DNA from: Elusimicrobiota bacterium
Lineage (GTDB): Bacteria > Elusimicrobiota > Elusimicrobia > UBA1565
Length of the DNA: 64,000 nt
Assembly (NCBI GenBank): GCA_043827405.1
Contig: JBDRPD010000039.1
Span: 32,001-96,000, forward strand
Direction of reading: 5' to 3'
Shown here: positions 28,378-37,530 of the stretch, piece after piece
Layout: every line of letters starts with the position of its first letter
Position numbering within the stretch: the first letter of the stretch is position 1
The notes under the pieces: model-generated
What the model was told of the DNA's origin: nothing
Databases searched by the model: none
Seen by the model: only the letters and a program-made list of their open reading frames with translations
Program-made: the position numbers and the translations under genes

Positions 28378-29106
28378 CTATGCCGAGAGCCGGTAGCGCA
28401 GCGTCTGGATGAAAGCCTTGGCCGCGACGCCGATCACCGCCGCGGGGTTGGCGCCGAAGGAGGAGACGGACTTGACCCGGGCTTCGTGACGCACGGGGTG
28501 CTGGAATATGCGCAGGGCGTTCCTGATCGCGAAGCCGCTGATAAGGACATTGGGCGCGAAGGTGTCGTCCGGGATGGCGGCGAAGGCGCTCTGGAAGCGC
28601 GCCGTCCGCATCAGCCGGTAGGGGCAGTTTACGTCGTCTACCCCGGAGCCGAAGAGCAGCCGGGAGGCGAGGATGCAGAACGCGGTCAGCCATTTGCGCA
28701 GCAGCGGCTGGCGGCGCTGGACGCGGCGGGCGATCAGGAAGTCATGATCCTTCCGTTCGCTCCAGAGGGCGGCGAAGTCCTCCGGGCGCATCTCGCCGTC
28801 GGAGTCGATCTGCATGATCCAGGTGAAGTCCGAGGCTTCGCGGTAGCCGCGCAGGATGGTGGGGCCGTGGCCGGAATTGGGCTTGTCGATGACCTTTACG
28901 GTCTTCACCTCACGTTCCAGGGTCCGCAGTTCCTTCAGGGTATCGTCCCGGGAGCCGTCATTGTAGGCGAAGATCGTGTGGCGGATCGACAGGGCGTCCA
29001 AGGCTCGAGCCCAGTCCGCGAGGGCTTGCGCGGCGACGCCGGCTTCATTGTAGACGGGAGCGACCAGCGCGAGGCTGTCGGCATCCTTAATATCTATACT
29101 TACCAT
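28378..29106 (-). CDS. GT2 glycosyltransferase (polyprenol-phosphate sugar synthase-like)
   Basis: LVAPVYNE, NDGSRD, NSGHG, QIDSDG, DVNCPYRL. Confidence 0.9.
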   Translation of the reverse strand: MVSIDIKDADSLALVAPVYNEAGVAAQALADWARALDALSIRHTIFAYNDGSRDDTLKELRTLEREVKTVKVIDKPNSGHGPTILRGYREASDFTWIMQIDSDGEMRPEDFAALWSERKDHDFLIARRVQRRQPLLRKWLTAFCILASRLLFGSGVDDVNCPYRLMRTARFQSAFAAIPDDTFAPNVLISGFAIRNALRIFQHPVRHEARVKSVSSFGANPAAVIGVAAKAFIQTLRYRLSA

Positions 29107-30567
29107 GTGAAAACACGCGGCCGGACGGCGGCACTTCTGCTTTTGATCTTACTATTAAAGGTGCTGCTGTTTGCTCCCTTCCTGCAGGAGCCGCTGGAGC
29201 GCGACGAGGGAGCCTACGGCTACGCCGCTCAGGTGCTGCTCGACGGCGGGGTGCCCTATCGGGATTCGTTTGACCATAAGCCGCCGCTGGTCTACTTCAT
29301 CTACGCGGTGATCGTAAAAATCGCCGGACCAACACTGACGGGCGTCCGCTTGTTCACGCTCGGCTGGGGGCTGCTGGCTGTGTTGGCCGTCGGCGGTGCC
29401 GGCTGGCTGCTGTGGGGGAGGGGGGCCGGTCTGGCGGCCGCCTTTTTGTACGCGCTGTTTTCCGGCGGGCCGCTGATCTACGGGACCTCGGCCAATACCG
29501 AGACCTTCATGGTACTGCCGCTGCTCCTGGCCCTGCTGTGCTTTATCTGCCAGCAGCGGGACCTGCGGCCCAACGGCGCCGCGGTGCCCTGGCTGTTTCT
29601 CGCCGGATTGTTCTCGGGGCTGGCGGTAATGCTCAAGCAGACCGCGGTCTTCAATATGCTGGTCTTCCTGCCCTTTCTTCTGCGCGGGCGGCGTGGTCTG
29701 GCGCGGCGCCTGCTGCAGCTGGCGGCCGGCGCCGCGGTCGTACCGCTGCTGCTGGCCGCCTACTTCGCGGTCCGGGGCGCCTGGTCCGATTTCTTCTACT
29801 GCACCGTCCTCGTCAATAAGAAATATCTCGCGACCGTTCCCGGTGGTTTTTGGACGCGCTTATCCGAGGGGCTGGCGATCACGTTCAATATCGCCCTGCT
29901 GGAGAATGCCTGGCTGTGGATATTCAGCCTGCTGGCGCTCGGCTTGATTATGCGGCGCGACCGCCGCCGGGAGAATATCCTAGTCGTGCTCTGGGGCTTC
30001 GCCTCGCTGCTCGCGGTGACGCTTTCAGGACTATTTTTGGGACACTACTATATCCAGGTCATCCCGGCGCTTTGCCTGCTGTCGGCCTACGGCATCGTGG
30101 AGTTCAAACAGCGTGCCGATCTCTACAAAAAGGCGGCGCTCATCTTTCTGTGCCATATCCCGCTGATTTACGTGCTGCCCTTCCAGACGCCGTTCTATCT
30201 TAAGTACTCGCCGGAGCGCATCTCCGAGCTCAAGTACAAGAGCCGGCGCTTCGCCGTATCTCGGCGTTTGGCGCAGGAGCTGCAAGGCATCCTCAAGCCG
30301 GAGGATACGATCTTCGTCTGGGCGGCGAACCCCGAACTCTATTTTTATTTGGCCAAGAGAGCGCCGACGCGCTACTTTACCTATCTCCCCTGGATGCATG
30401 AGCCGGCGATCCTCGACGGCATCATTTCCGACGTGACCGCCGCCCGCCCTGACTACTTCATCTGGACCGACTACGGGCTCAAGAGCGAGCGGCTGAGCGC
30501 GCTCATCGAGAAGGAATACCGTTTCTTCCTAGCCATCGACAGCTGGAAAGTTTTCAAGCGGCGGTAG
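29107..30567 (+). CDS. ArnT/PMT-like GT-C membrane glycosyltransferase
   Basis: RDEGAY, PYRDSFDHKPP, ANTE, LKQ, HYYIQ; polytopic; GTG start 6 nt after TATACT. Confidence 0.88.
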   Translation: MKTRGRTAALLLLILLLKVLLFAPFLQEPLERDEGAYGYAAQVLLDGGVPYRDSFDHKPPLVYFIYAVIVKIAGPTLTGVRLFTLGWGLLAVLAVGGAGWLLWGRGAGLAAAFLYALFSGGPLIYGTSANTETFMVLPLLLALLCFICQQRDLRPNGAAVPWLFLAGLFSGLAVMLKQTAVFNMLVFLPFLLRGRRGLARRLLQLAAGAAVVPLLLAAYFAVRGAWSDFFYCTVLVNKKYLATVPGGFWTRLSEGLAITFNIALLENAWLWIFSLLALGLIMRRDRRRENILVVLWGFASLLAVTLSGLFLGHYYIQVIPALCLLSAYGIVEFKQRADLYKKAALIFLCHIPLIYVLPFQTPFYLKYSPERISELKYKSRRFAVSRRLAQELQGILKPEDTIFVWAANPELYFYLAKRAPTRYFTYLPWMHEPAILDGIISDVTAARPDYFIWTDYGLKSERLSALIEKEYRFFLAIDSWKVFKRR

Positions 30568-32899
30568 GCGGGGCGGGCTGCCGCTCCCGCAGGACGGTGA
30601 GTTCCCTAAGCAGTGCGGCCTTCTCTTCTTTCCAGGTTTTTTCCTTGGCCTGCAGGGTTTGTTCAAGGCGCTGCCGCAGCTCCGCGGCCTGAGTTTTCAG
30701 CTCGCGTTCCTTTTTCTCCTGGGCTTCGCGCAGGCCGCTCAGGTCCTGCAGCAGTTCGGCTCGGCGCCGTTCCCAAGCCGCCTCATTGTCGCGCAGAGCG
30801 TTCTCTGCTGCGGACCGCTTCGCCTGCAGTTGTCCTTTAAACAGCAGCTCCTTGCGCTGCGCTTCGCGTTTCTCGCCCTGCAGCGCTTCGTCCGCCCGGA
30901 CCAGGCGCGCTTCGAGTTCGCGCGCCTTCCGCGCCCAGTGCGCCGGCGTGAGGTCGGTTCGTTCTCTGTCCCAGCGGCGCTGGCGCAGCTCGGCGGCTTC
31001 ATGCAGGTCCTTTATTTCTTTGCGCAGGCCCGTCAGTTCCTGTTCTCCGGCCTGGCGCATGTTCTCCAACGCGCGCGCCAGGCTTTGCCGCAGTTCTTCG
31101 GCCTCCTCGGCCCAGGCGGCCTGCCGGATTTTAAAATCGTCCGCCTGTATCCGCAGCCGGTTGGAAGCTCGCTGCTCGGCGGTCTGTGCCGCCTCCAGCC
31201 GCTGCAGGTGCTCTTGTGTTTTTTGTTCCTGCTGAGCGGCATTTTCGCGCAGCTCTGCGATTTGCTCGCGCAGGCCGGCCTTCTCCTGCTCCCAGATTTC
31301 CGCCGCCCGCGCATGTTCATTCACGCGCTCTTCCAGCGCCGCGCGTTCCGCCTCAATAAGCCGCTGCTGGGTCTGCTGCGCCTGTTCGTCTCTCTCGTCC
31401 GCGGCGTCGCGCAGCGTGTCGATCTGCCGCAGCAGGCTGGATTTCTCCCGCTCCCAAAGTTCCCGTGCGCGCTCAAGAGCGTCGTCGATCCCCTGCTTCG
31501 CGTCCTGTTCCGTCTGCTGCGCCTGCTTGTCTCTCTCAGCGGCGGTGTCGCGCAGCTCGTTGATCCGTTTCTCGAGCTGCGCCTTATCCTGCGCCCACTG
31601 CTCCGCCGCTCGCGCCTGCGCTGCGACGCGCTCCTCCAGCGCGGCGCTTTGGGCGTTCTGCGCCTGCTTGCCGCGCTCGATTAGTTCCGTGCGCTGAGCT
31701 TCGAGTTCCTGTTGGGCGGACTGCTCGGCGTCGCGGAGGCTTTGCCGCAGGTCCTCGACTTCCGCGGCAAGGAGCGCCCGCCGCTCCTGAAAATCGTCTT
31801 CCAGCAGCCGAATCTTATGCCGCGCGCGCTGCTCGGATGCCTGCGCTTCCTCCAGGTTTTGCTCGAGTTCGCGGATGGCCCGGCCCCGTTCGGCCGCCTT
31901 TCCGCGCAGTTCATCGAGCTCTTCTCGCAGGCCGGCCTGCTCCTCCGTCCGCCTGGCGGTGAGCTGTTTCTGCGCGGCGGCCTCGGAACGCTCCGCTTCA
32001 GCCAGGCGCCGCTGCAGGTCCTGGACGTCCCGGGTCCAGGCGGCCTGCCGTTCCGTGAAATCGTCCTGCTGCCGTTGGGATATGCTGTGCATCTGCCGCT
32101 CAGCGGCCTGCACGCCTTCCAGCCTCTCTTCGAGGTCCCGTACGGCCTTGCCTCGCTCCGCGGCTTCGGCGCGCAATTCGTCGAACTGCCGCTGCAGCGT
32201 TTCCTTCTCCTGCCGCCAGCGGGCCTCCTCCTCCTCATGCGCGGCGGCGCGATCGCGCAGCGCGCCCTTCGCCTTTTCATCGCGCTGTGCGGCCTGCTCT
32301 GTCAGCGTCGCGATTTCCTCCTGCAGGCGCGCTTCTTCCTTCTCTGCGCGGGCAAGCGCCCGCTCATGCGCGGCGGCGCGCTTGTCTAGTGCGGCCCGCT
32401 CCGCCGCCAATAGCTGCTGCTGCGCCGCAAGCGCATCCGCATTCGCCGTCGTTTCCTGCTGGTGCGTCTCGGCGATTCGGCGCAGGGCCTCGTCTTTTTC
32501 CCGTACTACCGCTTCCGTTTGCTCGCGCAGCTCTTTGAGATCGCGCTCCCAGCGCATCTCCAGCTCCGCGCGGAATTTCTCGTACTGCGCCTTCTGCTCG
32601 TCCAAGCCGCGCTCTTTGAGCGCCAGGCGCTCATCCGCCTGCGCGCAGGCTTCAGCCGCCCGCTGTTCCAGTTCGGCAACCTGCTGCGCGCTCTCTTTGC
32701 TCAGCGCTTCGTATTTTTCGACGGCGTCCTGGCCGTGCCGCATCTCCTTCTTCAGCAGAGCCTGGATGTCTTCGTTGGCTTTCTCCAGAGCCTGCTGACG
32801 CTGCAGCGTCCAGCGCAGCGCGATGCGCGCCGTATCGAGATCGGGGATGATGTCGATATCGGAGAACTCGATCTTGCGCCCCTTGGGGGTATCTTCCAT
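30554..32899 (-). CDS. Long coiled-coil protein with internal repeats
   Basis: About 780 aa, rich in E/Q/R/A/L, no TM or signal peptide; probable start MEDTPK. Confidence 0.8.
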   Translation of the reverse strand: MEDTPKGRKIEFSDIDIIPDLDTARIALRWTLQRQQALEKANEDIQALLKKEMRHGQDAVEKYEALSKESAQQVAELEQRAAEACAQADERLALKERGLDEQKAQYEKFRAELEMRWERDLKELREQTEAVVREKDEALRRIAETHQQETTANADALAAQQQLLAAERAALDKRAAAHERALARAEKEEARLQEEIATLTEQAAQRDEKAKGALRDRAAAHEEEEARWRQEKETLQRQFDELRAEAAERGKAVRDLEERLEGVQAAERQMHSISQRQQDDFTERQAAWTRDVQDLQRRLAEAERSEAAAQKQLTARRTEEQAGLREELDELRGKAAERGRAIRELEQNLEEAQASEQRARHKIRLLEDDFQERRALLAAEVEDLRQSLRDAEQSAQQELEAQRTELIERGKQAQNAQSAALEERVAAQARAAEQWAQDKAQLEKRINELRDTAAERDKQAQQTEQDAKQGIDDALERARELWEREKSSLLRQIDTLRDAADERDEQAQQTQQRLIEAERAALEERVNEHARAAEIWEQEKAGLREQIAELRENAAQQEQKTQEHLQRLEAAQTAEQRASNRLRIQADDFKIRQAAWAEEAEELRQSLARALENMRQAGEQELTGLRKEIKDLHEAAELRQRRWDRERTDLTPAHWARKARELEARLVRADEALQGEKREAQRKELLFKGQLQAKRSAAENALRDNEAAWERRRAELLQDLSGLREAQEKKERELKTQAAELRQRLEQTLQAKEKTWKEEKAALLRELTVLRERQPAPPTAA

Positions 32900-32955
32900 A
32901 TGCGAATTACATAGCAACTGTATGTTAAATTTTCGCGTCAGGGCGCGCAGGAGGG

Positions 32956-33624
32956 TTAGTTCCCCAGCGGAAGGCCGGGGGCGTCCGGCGTATGGATGCC
33001 GAGCCCGTCGAGCGTCCTCATCGCGTCGTCGGTGACCGCTCTTTTCTGTCCGTACGAGGCTTGTTGGTAGGCGGGCATAGCGGCGTCAAAGCCTTCGATG
33101 AGTATCTGCCGTTGGAGGGAGCGGCCCAGGTCCCGCCGTATATCTTCGATGACCGGGGTCAGCGACAGCCGGATTCTGCGGGTGCTCTCCGGGGGATTGG
33201 CGGCTCTTTGCGCATCGGCTTCGCCGCTGCCGGAAGGCCTGCTCGTGCGCCGTTGCGCGGTGGATTCAAAACGGACCATACGGGAGGGCCGGATGCTTAA
33301 ACCGTAGATGCCGATATTGGCGCCGAGAGTCAGGTCGCGTCCGGTCTGGTACAGCGTATCCATCGGATTTAGCAGCATCTTCGTCGTTCGCCACGGAAGC
33401 TTGCGGATGTCGTGCATGTCCCATGCCATGCGATAGAACAGCTGAACGTGCGAGCCGCGGCGGTCCTGCAGGAACTCGAGGCTGAATGGAGAGCCGTAGC
33501 TTAGGGCGATCGCGGGCAGGACCTTGTGCGCGGGAGCCGACGACACAACGGCGTCACCTTCTTCGGCCGCGGTCGCGGAGAAGGGGACGGCCGCAAGCAG
33601 CAACAAGACGAGCGGCAGGCGCAT
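32956..33624 (-). CDS. Hypothetical secreted protein
   Basis: Signal peptide MRLPLVLLLLAAVPFSATA; TACACT 6 nt before the second Met. Confidence 0.7.
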   Translation of the reverse strand: MRLPLVLLLLAAVPFSATAAEEGDAVVSSAPAHKVLPAIALSYGSPFSLEFLQDRRGSHVQLFYRMAWDMHDIRKLPWRTTKMLLNPMDTLYQTGRDLTLGANIGIYGLSIRPSRMVRFESTAQRRTSRPSGSGEADAQRAANPPESTRRIRLSLTPVIEDIRRDLGRSLQRQILIEGFDAAMPAYQQASYGQKRAVTDDAMRTLDGLGIHTPDAPGLPLGN

Positions 33625-33683
33625 AGGCATAGTGTAGCGCCCTGCGTGCCGCTTGGCCAGTTAATTGCCCGTACCTGAGCGCT

Positions 33684-35453
33684 TTAGGTGAGACGCCGGA
33701 GCTCGGTTTCCTTGGACCGCAGTTCTTCCTGCAGGGCCTGGATGTCCTCGCCGATCTTCTGGGCCTTGGCGTAGTCCTCGTAGATCTCGGGATTGCCGAG
33801 TTCGCCCGCCAATTTTTCCATGCGCGCATGGCCGGCTTCAATGGCCGTCTCCAGCTGCCTGATCGCGCGTTCTTTATCGCGGTCCTGCGCGCGCTGGCGT
33901 CGGCGCTCGGCCTTGGCCGAGGCGGGCTTCTGCCTTTCCGCGTCGGCCGGCGCGGACGCCGCCGGGGATTCCGCATCCTGCTGCCGCCGCCGCTCGAAGT
34001 ACTCGTAGTTCCCCGGGTAGACGGTGATCCTGCCGCCGTCGATATGGACGATATGGGTGGCCAGCTGGTTGATGAAGTAGACGTCGTGGCTGATGAAGCA
34101 CATCGTTCCTTCGAACTCGCGCAGCGCGCCGAGCAGGGCATCCACGCTGGCCATGTCCAAGTGAGTGGTCGGCTCATCCATAAGCAGGACATTGGGCGGA
34201 TCCAGCAGCAGCTTGACCAAGGCCAAGCGGCTTTTTTCTCCGCCGCTGAGCACCGAGACTTTCTTGAATACGGTGTCTCCGGGGAACAGGAAGGTCCCGA
34301 GAACGGTCCGCACCATCAGCTCGGGATTCATGCGGCCGTTGTCGAGCGCTTCCGTTAGGACGGTGCGGTTGGACTCAAACTGCCCCGCGCGGTGCTGGGA
34401 GAAGTAGCCCACCTTCACACCCATCCCCAGGGCGCGTTCGCCCGCATCGAAAGGAATCTCGCCGGCGAGAATCTTGAGCAGCGTGGATTTTCCCGCTCCG
34501 TTGCGGCCGACGAAAGCCATGCGCCAGCCGCGTTCCAGCTCAAAGTCCAGGCCGTTGTAAACCTTGACGTCGCCGTAGGATTTGTGGAGATTCTTCAGCT
34601 GCAGCGAGCGCACGCCCGTGCGTGCCGGCTGGGGGAAGCGCATCTTGACGGTCTTCTCTTCGGCGGGCACCGCCAATCGTTCCAGGCGATCCAGGCGCTT
34701 GATCATGCTCTGCGCCCGCCGCGCGGTAGAATGGCGGACGCGGTTGCGCGCGATGAAGTCCTTCATGTCGGCGATCTCGTCCTGCTGCTCCTTGTAGGCT
34801 TTGATCATCTGCGTCTTCTCGGCTTCGCGCTGCTGCACGAACTCTTCGTAGTTGCCGTGATAGATCTTCAGCGTGTGTTCCTGTACGCTGACGATGGAGG
34901 CGCAGACGTTGTTGATGAAGTCCCGATCGTGCGAGATCATGAAGATCGCGCCGGGATAGCTTTGCAGGTACTCCTGCAGCCACAGCAGCGACTCCAGGTC
35001 GAGGTGGTTGGTCGGTTCGTCGAGCAGGAGCATGTCCGGTTCCTGCATGAGGAGGCGGGCGATGGCCACGCGCATCGACCAGCCGCCGGAGAGCTCGTTG
35101 ATGGGCTTGGCGAACTCGCCTTCCTTGAAGCCCAGGCCCATTAGAATGGACTTGGCTTTGGCCGTGGTGCGGCCGTCGGGCGCCGGGTGCAGCTCCAGCG
35201 CGCCGTCCAGGACGCAGGTGGACGCGAGGGGGGCGTTCTCCTGCGGCAGGTAGCCGCAGACGACATTCTTCTTGACGAGGATATCGCCGCCGTCAGGCTC
35301 CATCTCGCCCAGGAGCATTTTGAACAGGGTGGACTTGCCCGAGCCGTTCGGCCCTACCAGCGCGTAGCGGTCGCCGGCGTTGATCTGCAGCGTCACGCTG
35401 TCGAAGAGCTCCTGCTTGTAGAAGGATTTATGCACATCGCGCAAAGTAATCAT
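33684..35453 (-). CDS. ABC-F family ATPase
   Basis: Two ABC domains (GPNGSGKST, LSGGW, DEPTNHLD; GRNGAGKST, LSGGEK, DEPTTHLD), no TM, C-terminal coiled coil. Confidence 0.95.
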   Translation of the reverse strand: MITLRDVHKSFYKQELFDSVTLQINAGDRYALVGPNGSGKSTLFKMLLGEMEPDGGDILVKKNVVCGYLPQENAPLASTCVLDGALELHPAPDGRTTAKAKSILMGLGFKEGEFAKPINELSGGWSMRVAIARLLMQEPDMLLLDEPTNHLDLESLLWLQEYLQSYPGAIFMISHDRDFINNVCASIVSVQEHTLKIYHGNYEEFVQQREAEKTQMIKAYKEQQDEIADMKDFIARNRVRHSTARRAQSMIKRLDRLERLAVPAEEKTVKMRFPQPARTGVRSLQLKNLHKSYGDVKVYNGLDFELERGWRMAFVGRNGAGKSTLLKILAGEIPFDAGERALGMGVKVGYFSQHRAGQFESNRTVLTEALDNGRMNPELMVRTVLGTFLFPGDTVFKKVSVLSGGEKSRLALVKLLLDPPNVLLMDEPTTHLDMASVDALLGALREFEGTMCFISHDVYFINQLATHIVHIDGGRITVYPGNYEYFERRRQQDAESPAASAPADAERQKPASAKAERRRQRAQDRDKERAIRQLETAIEAGHARMEKLAGELGNPEIYEDYAKAQKIGEDIQALQEELRSKETELRRLT

Positions 35454-35462
35454 CGAGCGGAT

Positions 35463-35515
35463 ATTATAGCTTTCGGCGCCGGATGCCGAAAGCGGCGGGC
35501 GCTAATTGATAGAAT
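35463..35515. promoter_or_regulatory. Divergent -10 boxes with a 9-bp inverted repeat between them
   Basis: TATAAT minus from 35468, TAGAAT plus from 35510; GCTTTCGGC-7-GCCGAAAGC at 35469-35493. Confidence 0.55.
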
Positions 35516-35524
35516 AAGTCCCGC

Positions 35525-36697
35525 ATGAGGCTATTGCTGCCGCTTCTCGCGCTGTCGGCCGTGCTCTCGCTTCCGGCCGCCGCCGCGCCTCCCGAAGTGG
35601 ATACCCACATTCTCAACGCGATCCAGGCGATCTGGGCGATGGATTTTTCCGCCTCGGAGGCCAGCCTCGAGAAAGCGAAAGCGGCGCTGCCGGAGTACCC
35701 CTATCCCTATTTCGGCCAGGCCAACGTTACCTGGCTGCGCTATGTCTATGGTTCCCAGCGTACCGATACGGCGCTGCAGAAGAAATTCGAGGGAGAAGTC
35801 GAGCAGGCGGTCGCCGCGGCGGAAACCTGGCTCAGGGCTCATCCGCGCGACGCCGAGGGCTATCTCGCCCTGAGCGGGAGCTACGGCCTGCGCGCGCGCC
35901 TGGCGACGATCCAGAAGCGCTGGCTGCGGGCGCTGCTTGACGGCCGGAAGGCGGTCAAGTTTACGCGCCAGGCGCACCGCCTCGACCCGGAGCTCCATGA
36001 CGCGCTGCTGGGAGCGGGGATGTATGACTACTACGCGGATTCCCTGCCGCGTACGGTCAAGTTCTTCAGCAAGCTGATTCTCGGCGGCGACCGCGAGCGG
36101 GGAATCCGGTCGCTCAAGACCGTCGCAGAAAAGGGGCGCTACGCGAAGATCGCCGCGCAGCTGCTGCTTATCGAGGTGTATACCGAGGACAGGTGGGGCG
36201 CCCGGGACCCCGCGGAAGCGGTGCGGATCATCCAGGCGCTCCGCACGAGGTTTCCCAAGAGCCCGGTATTCCACAAGATCGAACAGGTATGCTTGTACGA
36301 GGCGGAGCGCTACGATGAAGTGTCGGCGAGCGCCCGCGAGTATACGCGGCGCATCGATGACGGCTGGGCATACTACCTGCCGCAGGACCGCGCCCGCATG
36401 TGCGTCACCGAAGGAACGGCGCGCTTCGCGCAGAACCGGCTCGAGCCGGCGCACGACGCCTATCAGCGCGCTGGCGCGCTGGCGGGAACGGCGGAGAAGC
36501 CGGAACGCTGGGGAGTTTGGGGACTGGTTCGCCTGGGGCAGGTGCGGGACCTGCTCAACCGCCGGCCGGAGGCGTTGCAGGCTTATGGCGCCGCGGGGGG
36601 GTTCGCGGATATTTGGGGCTTTCGCGCCGCGGCAAAGCGCGGGCTGCGCGCACCGCATCTTTCGAGCTCGGAGGTCGGCCAGCTGCCGCCCCCATGA
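35525..36697 (+). CDS. Secreted TPR-like helical repeat protein
   Basis: Signal peptide; LDPELHDALLGAGMYDYY and GDRERGIRSL helical repeats. Confidence 0.75.
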   Translation: MRLLLPLLALSAVLSLPAAAAPPEVDTHILNAIQAIWAMDFSASEASLEKAKAALPEYPYPYFGQANVTWLRYVYGSQRTDTALQKKFEGEVEQAVAAAETWLRAHPRDAEGYLALSGSYGLRARLATIQKRWLRALLDGRKAVKFTRQAHRLDPELHDALLGAGMYDYYADSLPRTVKFFSKLILGGDRERGIRSLKTVAEKGRYAKIAAQLLLIEVYTEDRWGARDPAEAVRIIQALRTRFPKSPVFHKIEQVCLYEAERYDEVSASAREYTRRIDDGWAYYLPQDRARMCVTEGTARFAQNRLEPAHDAYQRAGALAGTAEKPERWGVWGLVRLGQVRDLLNRRPEALQAYGAAGGFADIWGFRAAAKRGLRAPHLSSSEVGQLPPP

Positions 36698-37530
36698 GCT
36701 TGCAGGAGCTGCGCGGAAAAACGGTATTGGTGACCGGCGCGTCGAGCGGCATCGGCCGCGCGGCCGCCCAGGCATTCGCCGCGCACGGCTGCCGCTTGGC
36801 GCTCGCCGCCCGGCGGGCGGATAAGCTGGCGTCGCTGGCCGAGAGCCTGGAAGCGAAGGGCGTCGAGACCCTCGTCCTGACCTGCGACGTGCGCGAGCGG
36901 GACCGGGCGCGGGAGGCGGTGGACGCGGTCATTCGCCGCTGGGGGCGCCTCGATATTCTGCTCAACAACGCGGGCGTGCATGACCTCGATATTTTTGAGC
37001 GGCAGGACCTGGACCTCATCGAAGACATGGTGCGAACCAATCTCTTCGGGACTATGTACACGACGCACGCGGCGCTCCCCGGCATGCGCCGGCAGGGAAG
37101 CGGTCATATCGTTAATGTGGCATCCATCGCGGGGCTTACCGGCCTGCCTTGGATGAGCGTTTACAGCGCCTCCAAATTCGCCGTCGTGGGTTTTACCGAG
37201 TCCCTGCGCCGGGAGCTGCGCGGCAGCGGCGTACGCCTGACCGCTTTTTGCCCGGGTACGGTAGATACGGCGATGGCCGCCGAACCGCTCAAGGACGCGG
37301 AGCTGAGAAAGACCGTTCAGCCTAAAACGCCCGAAGAGACTGCGGAGAGAATCGTCAGGGCCGTGCGCAGCGGTGCGCCGGAAGTGGTATTCGGAGAGGC
37401 TTCCGCTTTTGTTCTCCGTTTGGCCCGTTTCTTCCCGCGTTTTACCGACTGGTTCATGCATCGTTCACTCACGCGTCTTCACCCCGAGGTCCGCCGCCTG
37501 CTGCGGGCCGAGAGCGAGCGGCCGGGATGA
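36694..37530 (+). CDS. Short-chain dehydrogenase/reductase
   Basis: TGASSGIG, NNAG, YSASK; start MSLQEL in ATGA overlap. Confidence 0.93.
   Translation: MSLQELRGKTVLVTGASSGIGRAAAQAFAAHGCRLALAARRADKLASLAESLEAKGVETLVLTCDVRERDRAREAVDAVIRRWGRLDILLNNAGVHDLDIFERQDLDLIEDMVRTNLFGTMYTTHAALPGMRRQGSGHIVNVASIAGLTGLPWMSVYSASKFAVVGFTESLRRELRGSGVRLTAFCPGTVDTAMAAEPLKDAELRKTVQPKTPEETAERIVRAVRSGAPEVVFGEASAFVLRLARFFPRFTDWFMHRSLTRLHPEVRRLLRAESERPG

Noticed and set aside
28486..29106. N-terminal 207 aa of the 693-aa ORF 28486-30567
   Set aside because: Antisense to the GT2 gene; GT-C-like sequence starts at GTG 29107 after TATACT.
30554..32899. SMC/SbcC or phage tape-measure protein
   Set aside because: No Walker motifs or hinge, and no phage genes nearby.
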